From Syntrophales bacterium (GTDB taxonomy: Bacteria > Desulfobacterota > Syntrophia > Syntrophales > PHBD01): DNA of 64,000 nucleotides. A program made the translations under genes and the position numbers. The number at the start of each line of letters is the position of its first letter. Position 1 is the first letter of the stretch. The notes beneath the pieces were generated by a model that worked only from the letters and a program-made list of their open reading frames with translations, was not told where the DNA came from and ran no database searches. Below, in pieces: positions 1 to 8,075 of the stretch. Location: NCBI GenBank assembly GCA_963668175.1, contig OY764159.1, forward strand, positions 4,448,001 through 4,512,000. Reading direction: 5' to 3'.

Positions 1-1599
1 CAGAATTTCGAAGTTCCGGTCGGCGATCCGTTCGGCAATACGGACCGTATATTTTATAACGTCATGCAAAGCGGCAAGGACAACGATAATTCGGCGTTTT
101 CCTGCGGTTCGGGCGTCATCTACCAAAGGGAGGCGCTCCAGGAAATCGGCGGTTTCAGCACGTGGAACCTCGTCGAAGACGTCCACACATCCATGCTTCT
201 GCATGAACGGGGCTGGCGTTCTGTTTATTACAACCACCCCCTGACCAAAGGAACGGCCCCTGCGGATATCTACGGCGTCTATACCCAGCGCCGGCAATGG
301 GCAGCCGATTCCCTGAGGATTATGTTCTGGGACAATCCTTTCTTTCACAAGGGGCTCAGCTTCAAACAGAAGCTGCAGTATTTCCATCTGGGTTTTGTCT
401 ATCTGGTCGCCGCTTTCGTCATGCCCTTTTTCTTCATCACGCCCATTTTGGCCCTGCTCGTACAGGAATTCGTCCTCACGTCGCCCGTCGCCACTTACGT
501 CATCCACCGGTTCCCCTATTTCATTGCTATGTCGATGGCCTACGGTCTGATCAACTATCCGACACCCTACATGAAGGCGTTTCAGATGTGGACAGGCCTC
601 TTCCCCCCTTTCATCCGGGCGACATGGATGGCGCTCCTTTCGAGAAAAAAGAAGCCGACGTACCGCGTCAACGTCAAACCGGGGGCAAAGAAGAAAAGAA
701 GGAAGAGTCCCTGGATTGCCGTCATTCCCCAACAGGGAATCATCATTCTCGCGATCTTCGCCATGATTTACGGTTTCATCGAATGGGAGAACAAATCTTG
801 GGATTTTTACATCCTGAACTGCATCTGGGCATTCTGGTCCATCTGGACCATGAGCGGGATATGCATTGCCGCCGTCAAGAAGCATAAGTGGCCGGAAGAG
901 GATGCGGCAGGAACCAAGAAGCCCGTGCCTTTCTTTTCCCGGATCGGGGAGCTGGTTTTGACGGTCGTCCTGTCGGCCGGTGTCCTCGTTTTCTTTACGC
1001 TTGGAGATATGACGGAAGTCAATAAATTCATGACGAGTTTCCGTCTGGAAGTCCTGACGACGGTCGGAATCGAAAAACCTGTTGCGAAAATCGGCCAGGC
1101 GATTTCTCCGCAAACACCTGCAACGGAAGCGGGTATGAGTGCCACGGTCCTTTCGCCGTCCAAGGTCCAACCCGTTCCGCTCCAGGAAAAGAAGGAAGAA
1201 ACCCCTTCATCTCCAGCGCCGGCCGTACCGGTTCAGACGACCGTAGCCCAGGAGAAAACGGCCAGCCCACCGCCCCCCCCGGAGAAAAAGAAGGAAGAAG
1301 TCTTAAAGACGGACGGCGACTGGGCGGTGCAGGTGATTGCCGTACACACCAAGAAAGCAGCGGACGAGCAAAAGGCGAAACTTAAGGCAGCCGGCTTCAA
1401 CGCATACACGTATCAGCCGCCGTCGAACGTCAGAAAGAAAAAGAAGCCCTGGGTCCGGGTTTTTGTAGGTTTTTACGCAAGCAAGGAAGATGCCCAAAAG
1501 GCCGGAGAGAAAATCCGGGAAACGGTATTCCCGTCCAAGAAGCCGTACTGGAGCGTCAGATTTTCGCCCAAGGATAAGGAGATGCTCGCTGGAAATTGA
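1..1599 (+). CDS. Cellulose-synthase-like processive GT2 glycosyltransferase (5'-truncated) with C-terminal TM, Pro/Ala linker and SPOR domain
   Basis: Frame is open from base 1 (QNFEVPVGDPF...). Motifs: FSCGS, VED (TED-like), QRRQW (QxxRW-like), several TM helices, YRVNVK (FxVTxK gating-loop analogue). C-terminal WAVQV..KLKAAGFNAY..WVRVFVGFYASKEDAQK matches the SPOR pattern. Confidence 0.85.
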   Translation, partial: QNFEVPVGDPFGNTDRIFYNVMQSGKDNDNSAFSCGSGVIYQREALQEIGGFSTWNLVEDVHTSMLLHERGWRSVYYNHPLTKGTAPADIYGVYTQRRQWAADSLRIMFWDNPFFHKGLSFKQKLQYFHLGFVYLVAAFVMPFFFITPILALLVQEFVLTSPVATYVIHRFPYFIAMSMAYGLINYPTPYMKAFQMWTGLFPPFIRATWMALLSRKKKPTYRVNVKPGAKKKRRKSPWIAVIPQQGIIILAIFAMIYGFIEWENKSWDFYILNCIWAFWSIWTMSGICIAAVKKHKWPEEDAAGTKKPVPFFSRIGELVLTVVLSAGVLVFFTLGDMTEVNKFMTSFRLEVLTTVGIEKPVAKIGQAISPQTPATEAGMSATVLSPSKVQPVPLQEKKEETPSSPAPAVPVQTTVAQEKTASPPPPPEKKKEEVLKTDGDWAVQVIAVHTKKAADEQKAKLKAAGFNAYTYQPPSNVRKKKKPWVRVFVGFYASKEDAQKAGEKIRETVFPSKKPYWSVRFSPKDKEMLAGN

Positions 1600-1600
1600 A

Positions 1601-2497
1601 ATGCCGGATAGATGCATCGGCCTTTATCTGCCGGAAGATTTCACGGTATCTGTACAAAAGGCCGCTCAGTATCAAACGTCGTGGGCAAAGCGAATTGCGA
1701 TACTCTCCTTTTTTACGGCATGGGGAAACGGATTCGAAAATCCCGACCTGACGGGGATCGAACTGGCCGCGCGAAACGGTTATCTGCCGATGATAACCTG
1801 GGAGCCCTGGCGGTATCACGATCCGTCGAACGCCGGAAAACCGGAAGACCAGCCCGATTTTTCGCTCTCTGAAATCCTGAAAGGCAGGTATGATGCCTAC
1901 CTTCGGCGGTGGGCCGCGGATCTTGCGGCTTTAAGAAGCCCCATCCTGTTCCGTCCGATGCACGAGATGAACGGTAATTGGTATCCATGGTGCGGAACGG
2001 TCAACGGAAATCGTCCGGAAGCGTATGCAGAAACGTGGCGCTACATCCGCTCCATTTTCCGCGAAGAGGGAACCGGCCCATTGATATGGGTTTGGTCTCC
2101 TTACGCGCATTCCGTCCCGGACGAGTCGGGCAACGAAATGGATCTTTACTACCCCGGCAACGGGGAGGTGGACTGGCTTGGTCTGGACGGTTATAACTGG
2201 GGAGACAGCCGTCCCTGGTCGCGGTGGCAGAGCTTCGATGAAATCTTTCAAAAAGGGTACGATTGCCTGGTAAACCTCGCGCCTGAAAAACCGCTTATGA
2301 TTGCCGAGACGGGATGCGCGGAGGAAGGGGGCGACAAGGGCAGGTGGATCGCCGAAGCAGCGGAAATACTGACAGGACGGTTCCCTCAGATCAAGGCGTT
2401 GATATGGTTCAACACGAATAAGGAATGCGACTGGCGCATCGATTCGTCTCCTGAAAGTTCGCAAGCCTTCAGGGATCATTGGAACTGGAGTCATTAA
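1601..2497 (+). CDS. Glycoside hydrolase family 26 (beta-mannanase/beta-glucanase-like)
   Basis: ITWEPW, RPMHEMNGNWYPW (acid/base Glu), WVWSP, GLDGYNWG, LMIAETG (nucleophile Glu). ATG at 1601 lies 1 nt after the upstream stop and is preferred over 1490. Confidence 0.88.
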   Translation: MPDRCIGLYLPEDFTVSVQKAAQYQTSWAKRIAILSFFTAWGNGFENPDLTGIELAARNGYLPMITWEPWRYHDPSNAGKPEDQPDFSLSEILKGRYDAYLRRWAADLAALRSPILFRPMHEMNGNWYPWCGTVNGNRPEAYAETWRYIRSIFREEGTGPLIWVWSPYAHSVPDESGNEMDLYYPGNGEVDWLGLDGYNWGDSRPWSRWQSFDEIFQKGYDCLVNLAPEKPLMIAETGCAEEGGDKGRWIAEAAEILTGRFPQIKALIWFNTNKECDWRIDSSPESSQAFRDHWNWSH

Positions 2498-2528
2498 CGA
2501 TCAATAACGGATTGCAAAAGGACGGGCT

Positions 2529-3287
2529 ATGAGAGATCAAGCATGGGTGCATAGGCAGGACATAAAAATCGGGCGATGGTTTTTTCTATGGTTATTCTTA
2601 TTTCTAACACTTGCTTCCGCCCGTTCATCTTACGCCCTGGATTTTTCGACATTCGCCGGAGGAGAAATCGACGGTCGCAATCAGGGATTCTCTTATCTCG
2701 GCTTCGAGTTGGCCCAGAAGATCACGAATCACGTCGCCGTTGCCGGGAGGGTCACTCCGAGCTACCTCGTTTACAAATACTATTCGGGTGACACGATCAT
2801 TCGAGCCACGTCGCCGGGGATCACCCCTGTGGCTGGTCTCAAATTTTCCTGGGAGAAAACATCTTTCGGCATCTTCGGCGGAGGGGAATTCAGAAACACG
2901 ACGTTGAGTCCCGATGATCAAAATGCGTCCGTAAGGGGGGCCTCATCGGCAGGAGTCGTTCAGGGCGAATTCGACCACTGGTTCCCGACCAAGACAAACT
3001 TCAGCGTCTGGGGGAGCTACAGCGGAACGAGCGATTTTTCTTATGAAAAGGCCAGGATCAAGCAGCAAATTACCAACTTGGACTACAAAGGGCCAGTGAA
3101 TCTTATGGTCGGAATTGACCAGACCTACGGGAGAAACGCGGATTTCCATGGAATAACGGTAGGCCCGATGGTCGAGATGTACTACATCCCCTGGAAAGTC
3201 TCGGTTGCGCTGCGGGGCGGGTATAAGCACGATTCGACCTTCGGAGGCGGAGGCTACGGCGGTATTGAATTGTATAAAGGATTCTAA
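2529..3287 (+). CDS. Outer-membrane beta-barrel protein, BcsS-like
   Basis: Signal peptide (…SSYA|LDF), Gly/Tyr/Ser-rich alternating beta-strands, C-terminal Phe (IELYKGF), position in the GT2/GH operon. Family name is an inference. Confidence 0.6.
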   Translation: MRDQAWVHRQDIKIGRWFFLWLFLFLTLASARSSYALDFSTFAGGEIDGRNQGFSYLGFELAQKITNHVAVAGRVTPSYLVYKYYSGDTIIRATSPGITPVAGLKFSWEKTSFGIFGGGEFRNTTLSPDDQNASVRGASSAGVVQGEFDHWFPTKTNFSVWGSYSGTSDFSYEKARIKQQITNLDYKGPVNLMVGIDQTYGRNADFHGITVGPMVEMYYIPWKVSVALRGGYKHDSTFGGGGYGGIELYKGF

Positions 3288-3345
3288 TTTTCGGGAACGA
3301 TGAACGCCTGCCGGAAGAGGCTGGAGACGCGTTTTGACGTAAGAT

Positions 3346-3362
3346 TGTAAGATTTTTTTACA
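3346..3362 (+). promoter_or_regulatory. Putative enhancer (TGT-N11-ACA) for the PEP-CTERM gene
   Basis: TGTAAGATTTTTTTACA lies about 210 bp upstream of a sigma54 site and has the form described for PEP-CTERM (PrsR-type) enhancer boxes. Confidence 0.55.
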
Positions 3363-3571
3363 AAATCGAAAAAGAGCAAATTTATCTTCAATTACAGATC
3401 CTTTAATCTCCCAAAAGCCGCTGGGCGAACCGACGGCGTCAGCTATCTTTACGGTGCATGACTATGATTTACGCATAGTTGTGCACATTATTACTTCTCC
3501 AAACAATCAAATATCATACATATGGGGCAGTTAGCCACCGGAGACCACTGATACTGGAGGAACCCTAGGGG

Positions 3572-3587
3572 CGGCATATTTATTGCA
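3572..3587 (+). promoter_or_regulatory. sigma54 (-24/-12) promoter of the PEP-CTERM gene
   Basis: CGGCATATTTATTGCA = GG-N10-GC with TTGCA, about 50 bp before the start codon. Confidence 0.75.
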
Positions 3588-3637
3588 ATTATTTACATAA
3601 TTCGAATCAAAGAAATCCTTCACAGGGGGAATATATC

Positions 3638-4366
3638 GTGAATATATTCAAAAGATTATTTCTTATTTTAACTTTCCTGGCTATCACAACAGGCCTCGGA
3701 ACAGGAACGGCCTTCGCTTATCAGATTTATATCGACGGCAGGGACGATGCCGGGACATACGGGGGCGAACAAGCCTTTGTCACTTTAATGTATGACGGCG
3801 GATCTATGCCTGTCACAACGGGTGACGCCGCAACACGCTGGACCAGCCAAGCCGAAGTATGGGCCTATGCAGGATCAAAAAATGTCGCCAACCTTAACGC
3901 ATGGATTAAATCCGCCGGAAACATCTGGTCATCAGATACGACGGTCGGAGAGTCATTGACCGGGCTCTCGGCCGGCACTTACCACATCACTCCGGTACAG
4001 GCCACTTATCTGGCTTTTCAGCGGGACACCTTCAATTGGAGTAATTACTACGGAAAATACTGGTGGGAATTGAAGATCACTGCTACGAATGTTTACGTAG
4101 GCGGAACACATTATGACTCCTATGACTTCACCCTTGGAACCAACCTCGGATACGATACAGCGTCATTAGCTTTCGATTCGGTTCTGAACAGCTATCTGGA
4201 CGTCATCCTGGGAGACGGAGGAACGCTCACCTTCTGGATATACGATGACGGCACCGTCGACAACGCCGGAGGACTTTCCGTGGAAATAACGATGGTCCCC
4301 GAACCCTCGACGCTGCTTTTATTGCTGCTCGGCGTTCCCTTTGTCTTAAGAAAATTCCGGAAATAA
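3638..4366 (+). CDS. PEP-CTERM sorting domain-containing surface protein
   Basis: GTG start after AGGGGGA. Signal peptide (…TAFA), Thr/Gly/Asp/Tyr-rich body, C-terminal VPEPSTLLLLLLGVPFVLRKFRK. Confidence 0.93.
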   Translation: MNIFKRLFLILTFLAITTGLGTGTAFAYQIYIDGRDDAGTYGGEQAFVTLMYDGGSMPVTTGDAATRWTSQAEVWAYAGSKNVANLNAWIKSAGNIWSSDTTVGESLTGLSAGTYHITPVQATYLAFQRDTFNWSNYYGKYWWELKITATNVYVGGTHYDSYDFTLGTNLGYDTASLAFDSVLNSYLDVILGDGGTLTFWIYDDGTVDNAGGLSVEITMVPEPSTLLLLLLGVPFVLRKFRK

Positions 4367-4392
4367 ATCATCGTTTCAGGAGAACAAAAAAT

Positions 4393-4434
4393 AAAAGGGG
4401 TTGGCTCTCGTTAAACGGTAACCAACCCCTTTTT
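4393..4434. terminator. Bidirectional intrinsic terminator
   Basis: AAAAGGGGTTGG…CCAACCCCTTTTT between convergent genes. Confidence 0.8.
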
Positions 4435-4576
4435 GTATCGTCCTTAAACGTCCTCAACACGTATCCAAAATCGCCGGCTTCATACCGGAACCCCCGGGCG
4501 ATTCACCACACGAAAGCTTTGCTCTTAATCAATCCAAGCCGTACCAATATATCGGCGCTGCTTGCGGCATTCTCCA

Positions 4577-5635
4577 TCAAAGTGGTCCCCGCTTTTCCCC
4601 GTGGATTTTCCGTGACGTTTCAATGAGTTTCGATATGATCATCGAGGGCAGCATGCCGGCGCTTGCCGCCTGCTCGAAGAAGAACGAAGACGGGGCCATG
4701 CCGGACGACGAGTTCGGATCGGTGACAAGGACGCGGCCTGAAGACGGGAGATAAAACCCGTCGATCCTGCCGTAGGAGCGGAAACCGAGCGTATGGTAAG
4801 CACGGATAACCTCCTTTTTGATCTTTTCAACCACGTCGGGAGCAAAATTTTTCGGCGGCGTAAACTTCCGGCACCTGCCGGGCATATACTTGTCGTCATA
4901 GGTGTAATAATCGCTCTGGGGATGGATTTCCGTCAATTCCAGGGGGACGGCGTCGCCGTCCATTTCGAGAACGATGCACGAAAACTCCGTCCCGTCGAGA
5001 AATTCCTCGACGAGGACCGCATTGTCCCACTTGAGCGCCTCACTGATCCCTTTACCCATATCGGCAACATCGACGATCTTCGTAACGCCGATACTGGACC
5101 CCTCCCGCGTCGGCTTCGTGACGAAAGGAACATGGAACTGTCCCGTGATCCGGGCGATCACCGACGCTTTGTCGCTTTCCCACTCAGACCGACGGACGAC
5201 ACAGCTTTCAGGTACATCGATCCCCGCATTCCTGAGCAGCATCTGCTGCATATGCTTGTCCATACCCAGGGCCGAAGCAAGTACTCCCGGCCCCGTATAG
5301 GGAATGCCCAGGAGTTCGAGAAGCCCTTGGATGCATCCGTCATCCCCATACTTGCCGTGGAGTGATATGAAAGCGAAATCGATCACTTGTTTAAGGTCTT
5401 CGTAAGCGATCCGGCGGGCCTCCCGGTCAAGGTGCTCCGAGATATCGACGGTCGTGTTCTGGGAAATGAGCTGCCAGGGAACGAGCCATAAGCGGCCTTC
5501 ATGATCCATGAAAAGGGGGACCGGCTCGTAGTATTCCCTGTCCATATTATCGTAGACATTTCTGCCGCTGTTTAAGGACACCTCCTTTTCCGACGACATA
5601 CCGCCAAAGATGATACCGACTCTCAATTTGTCCAT
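4577..5635 (-). CDS. ddl: D-alanine--D-alanine ligase family ATP-grasp protein (atypical C-terminal motif)
   Basis: GIIFGGMSSEKEVSLNSG, LHGKYGDDGCIQG, MDK, KPTREGSSIG, YTYDDKY, GRIDG. ATG 5635 follows GAAGGAGGGG. Confidence 0.8.
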   Translation of the reverse strand: MDKLRVGIIFGGMSSEKEVSLNSGRNVYDNMDREYYEPVPLFMDHEGRLWLVPWQLISQNTTVDISEHLDREARRIAYEDLKQVIDFAFISLHGKYGDDGCIQGLLELLGIPYTGPGVLASALGMDKHMQQMLLRNAGIDVPESCVVRRSEWESDKASVIARITGQFHVPFVTKPTREGSSIGVTKIVDVADMGKGISEALKWDNAVLVEEFLDGTEFSCIVLEMDGDAVPLELTEIHPQSDYYTYDDKYMPGRCRKFTPPKNFAPDVVEKIKKEVIRAYHTLGFRSYGRIDGFYLPSSGRVLVTDPNSSSGMAPSSFFFEQAASAGMLPSMIISKLIETSRKIHGEKRGPL

Positions 5636-5769
5636 GGGATGCCATTCCCCTCCTTCATTTCTTTTTAAGCAAATCTTCTCAGGACCATCTTCCTGCAGCC
5701 GGCAAGACGGTACGGCATACCGGCAATACGAAGCCCGAGCGGCACAAAGGGTTCCGGCCCGGTTCGATG

Positions 5770-6642
5770 TCAATAACGCCGGGCAACGACGATGACGTAT
5801 TGATCCTGGAAATTTTTATTGATGTGCGCAAGCACGCTACCGGGGCAATCCCTCATGAAGAGGCAGATCCCGCCGGCCGTAGATGAATCGAAGTAGCCAT
5901 AATCGTTAACATAATCATGAATATGCTCATGCCCTACGGCCTTTTCCCAGATATTTCTTTCGTCTTCCCGGACGGCCAGACCAAAGGCCAGATGCGTCGG
6001 TGACGGCCGCGACTCGGATGCAAGCCATGCCATGGCGGCTTCACGCGACGGGAACGACCTGACGGCGATCAATTCGCCGATGGCTCCGTCTTTCGAGGAG
6101 CGGAAGTAAAGCCAACAGCTTCCTTCCACGTGTTTAACGCTTTCGTAAGGCAGGTCGTATTTTCGCTCGAAATGCACTTCCGACAAATTGACTTCGTCCA
6201 CTCCGCCGATAAGCGCGCTGTGCACCAGGCCTATTCCCATATCGGCCTTCAGAAGCTCCAGCCCCCTTTCGAAGGAAAGATTCTGGCTGGAGATGGAAAT
6301 GTTCCGCCCTTCCACGTTCAGCCCCTGGGATACGTAAAAAGAGGCCGTATTCGACATCGTATTGATAAAATTATAGGGCATGGGCAGAGATTGCTTCCTG
6401 TATATCTGGTGGAGAACATTCTCCGTGTCCCCCAGATTGCCTCTTTCCGTCGTGAGATAGACAGATGTCCTGCGGTCCAGATCTTTTCCGAAAACGGACT
6501 TATGGGCGCCGATCAGGGACAGGATGACGAACTTGTTGACGCGGCGGAAATGGACCTCGGTATAGCGTTTCAGTTCGTCCTTTAAAACGTGACCGTCCTT
6601 GACCGGTGCCGTGAGAAATATCGAGAATGAATGGATGAACAT
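5770..6642 (-). CDS. Beta-ketoacyl synthase chain-length-factor-like protein (non-catalytic)
   Basis: RRVNKF, PYNFINTMSNTA, ALIGGVDE, EGSC. The catalytic Cys position reads SSQNLSF. Starts 1 nt after the KS stop. Confidence 0.75.
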   Translation of the reverse strand: MFIHSFSIFLTAPVKDGHVLKDELKRYTEVHFRRVNKFVILSLIGAHKSVFGKDLDRRTSVYLTTERGNLGDTENVLHQIYRKQSLPMPYNFINTMSNTASFYVSQGLNVEGRNISISSQNLSFERGLELLKADMGIGLVHSALIGGVDEVNLSEVHFERKYDLPYESVKHVEGSCWLYFRSSKDGAIGELIAVRSFPSREAAMAWLASESRPSPTHLAFGLAVREDERNIWEKAVGHEHIHDYVNDYGYFDSSTAGGICLFMRDCPGSVLAHINKNFQDQYVIVVARRY

Positions 6643-6643
6643 C

Positions 6644-7798
6644 TCAATCCTTGTTCGAAACGACGAGGGAAGTGCAATTCCCGCCAAAACCGAAATAGTT
6701 GAACATCAGGGTGGCGTTTCCCATGGTCAGGTTGTCCGTTACCGGCGTTATGCCCAATTCTTCGTCGCTCGTCTGAAAACCGGGAGTCGCGGGCAGGAAG
6801 CCGTTTTTGACCGCCTCGGTGACAATGATCATCTCGATGACCCCCGAAGCCCCGACCGTATGGCCGACATAAGGTTTGATGCAGGTAACCGGGGGCATTC
6901 GGTTTCCGAAAACAGACTTCATACCGTTGCACTCCGTTCGGTCGTTGCTGTCGCTCCCGGTGGCATGGGCCTTGACGGCGTCGATGTCCACGATTTCTAC
7001 GCCCGCATTGGCCATCGCCTGACCAATGACTTCGGCGATCCAACTTCCCTCGATCGTGTGGCTGGTGACGTTAAACGTGTCGCACAGATTCGCCCCCCCT
7101 CGAATGCGGAAACCGTTTTCGTCCCCGCTTCCCGTATCAAGAATCAGCGCACCGCACCCTTCCCCCATGATAATGCCGTCCCGGTATTTATCGAACGGTT
7201 TGTAGAACGTCTGCGACATGAGTTTAAGGGCTTCGAACCCGTAAAAGCCGGTATTGTTGAACAGGTCATACCCGATGACAAGAGCCCTCTCGATCATGCC
7301 CATTTTGATCATTTGAGAGGCATAGAGGATCGCATTGGCGCTGGACGTACAGGCCGTCGTAAATGTGTAGCACGGCCCGGTGATTCCGAAGCGTCTCGTC
7401 ACTTCCGCCACGAGGGACCCATACCCCAGCGATGCATTGGAAAAATAGTGCGTGCCGTTGACGTCCGATTTTTCATAGTAACTTTCATAGATGGGAATAT
7501 CGATGGACGTGGAACCGAAAAAGACGGCCAGGTTCTTCGTTTCGGATTCTGAAAGGCCCGCGTCCTCTATAGCCCTGGCGATCGTATCGAAGAGGACATC
7601 GTAAAAGAAGGTCTCGGCGCTCCCTCCCCGATTCCGGCGAATACGGTAATAGGGCCTCGAATAGGGAAGCTGTACATGGCTTAAAGGGATGTTCTCCGTG
7701 CAAACATATTTGTCCTTCACGCGGGCAACGACCTCTCCGATATCTTCGCCGAGAGAACAGACAATCGCCCTGCCGCGTATGAAAACATTCCTGTCCAA
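6644..7798 (-). CDS. Beta-ketoacyl-ACP synthase (FabF/FabB-like, active)
   Basis: TACTSS, AHATGS, KPYVGHTVGASG, FGFGGN. TTG start. Confidence 0.92.
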   Translation of the reverse strand: MDRNVFIRGRAIVCSLGEDIGEVVARVKDKYVCTENIPLSHVQLPYSRPYYRIRRNRGGSAETFFYDVLFDTIARAIEDAGLSESETKNLAVFFGSTSIDIPIYESYYEKSDVNGTHYFSNASLGYGSLVAEVTRRFGITGPCYTFTTACTSSANAILYASQMIKMGMIERALVIGYDLFNNTGFYGFEALKLMSQTFYKPFDKYRDGIIMGEGCGALILDTGSGDENGFRIRGGANLCDTFNVTSHTIEGSWIAEVIGQAMANAGVEIVDIDAVKAHATGSDSNDRTECNGMKSVFGNRMPPVTCIKPYVGHTVGASGVIEMIIVTEAVKNGFLPATPGFQTSDEELGITPVTDNLTMGNATLMFNYFGFGGNCTSLVVSNKD

Positions 7799-7802
7799 GC
7801 GA

Positions 7803-8075
7803 TTACTCCGGTTGAATATAATCGGCGAAGGCGTTGATGGATGTCATGACCCGCCTCATTTCCTTGCTGTCCGTAATCGTGATGCCAAACCGGTTCTGGA
7901 TGGCAATCGATATCTGCAGGGCATCGATGGAATCAAGTCCCAGTTTCGACTGGCTGCCGAAAAGCGGTCCCTCGTCGTCAATATCCGCGGCGCTTATCCT
8001 GTCGGCCAAATCGCACTCCTCGACAATCAGCGTCTTCAATTCGATCTTCAGCTGTTCATCCAATGAACCTCTCAT
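7803..8075 (-). CDS. Acyl carrier protein
   Basis: Acidic 90-aa protein with the LGLDSIDALQ phosphopantetheine site. Confidence 0.93.
   Translation of the reverse strand: MRGSLDEQLKIELKTLIVEECDLADRISAADIDDEGPLFGSQSKLGLDSIDALQISIAIQNRFGITITDSKEMRRVMTSINAFADYIQPE

Noticed and set aside
1469..1600. Possible frameshift fusion of GT2-SPOR to GH26 (overlapping ORF from 1490)
   Set aside because: The GH26 frame is open only from 1469, I see no clear slippery site, and TGA-A-ATG coupling at 1597-1603 is the simpler explanation.
5636..5773. N-terminal extensions in the ORF track (ddl; also 6687, 10379, 17023, 18428, 48626, 49539, 51339)
   Set aside because: They overlap neighbouring genes or promoters. 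Internal starts with an RBS or family-typical N-termini were chosen.
6599..7552. 317-aa plus-strand ORF
   Set aside because: Antisense shadow of the KS gene with no motifs.
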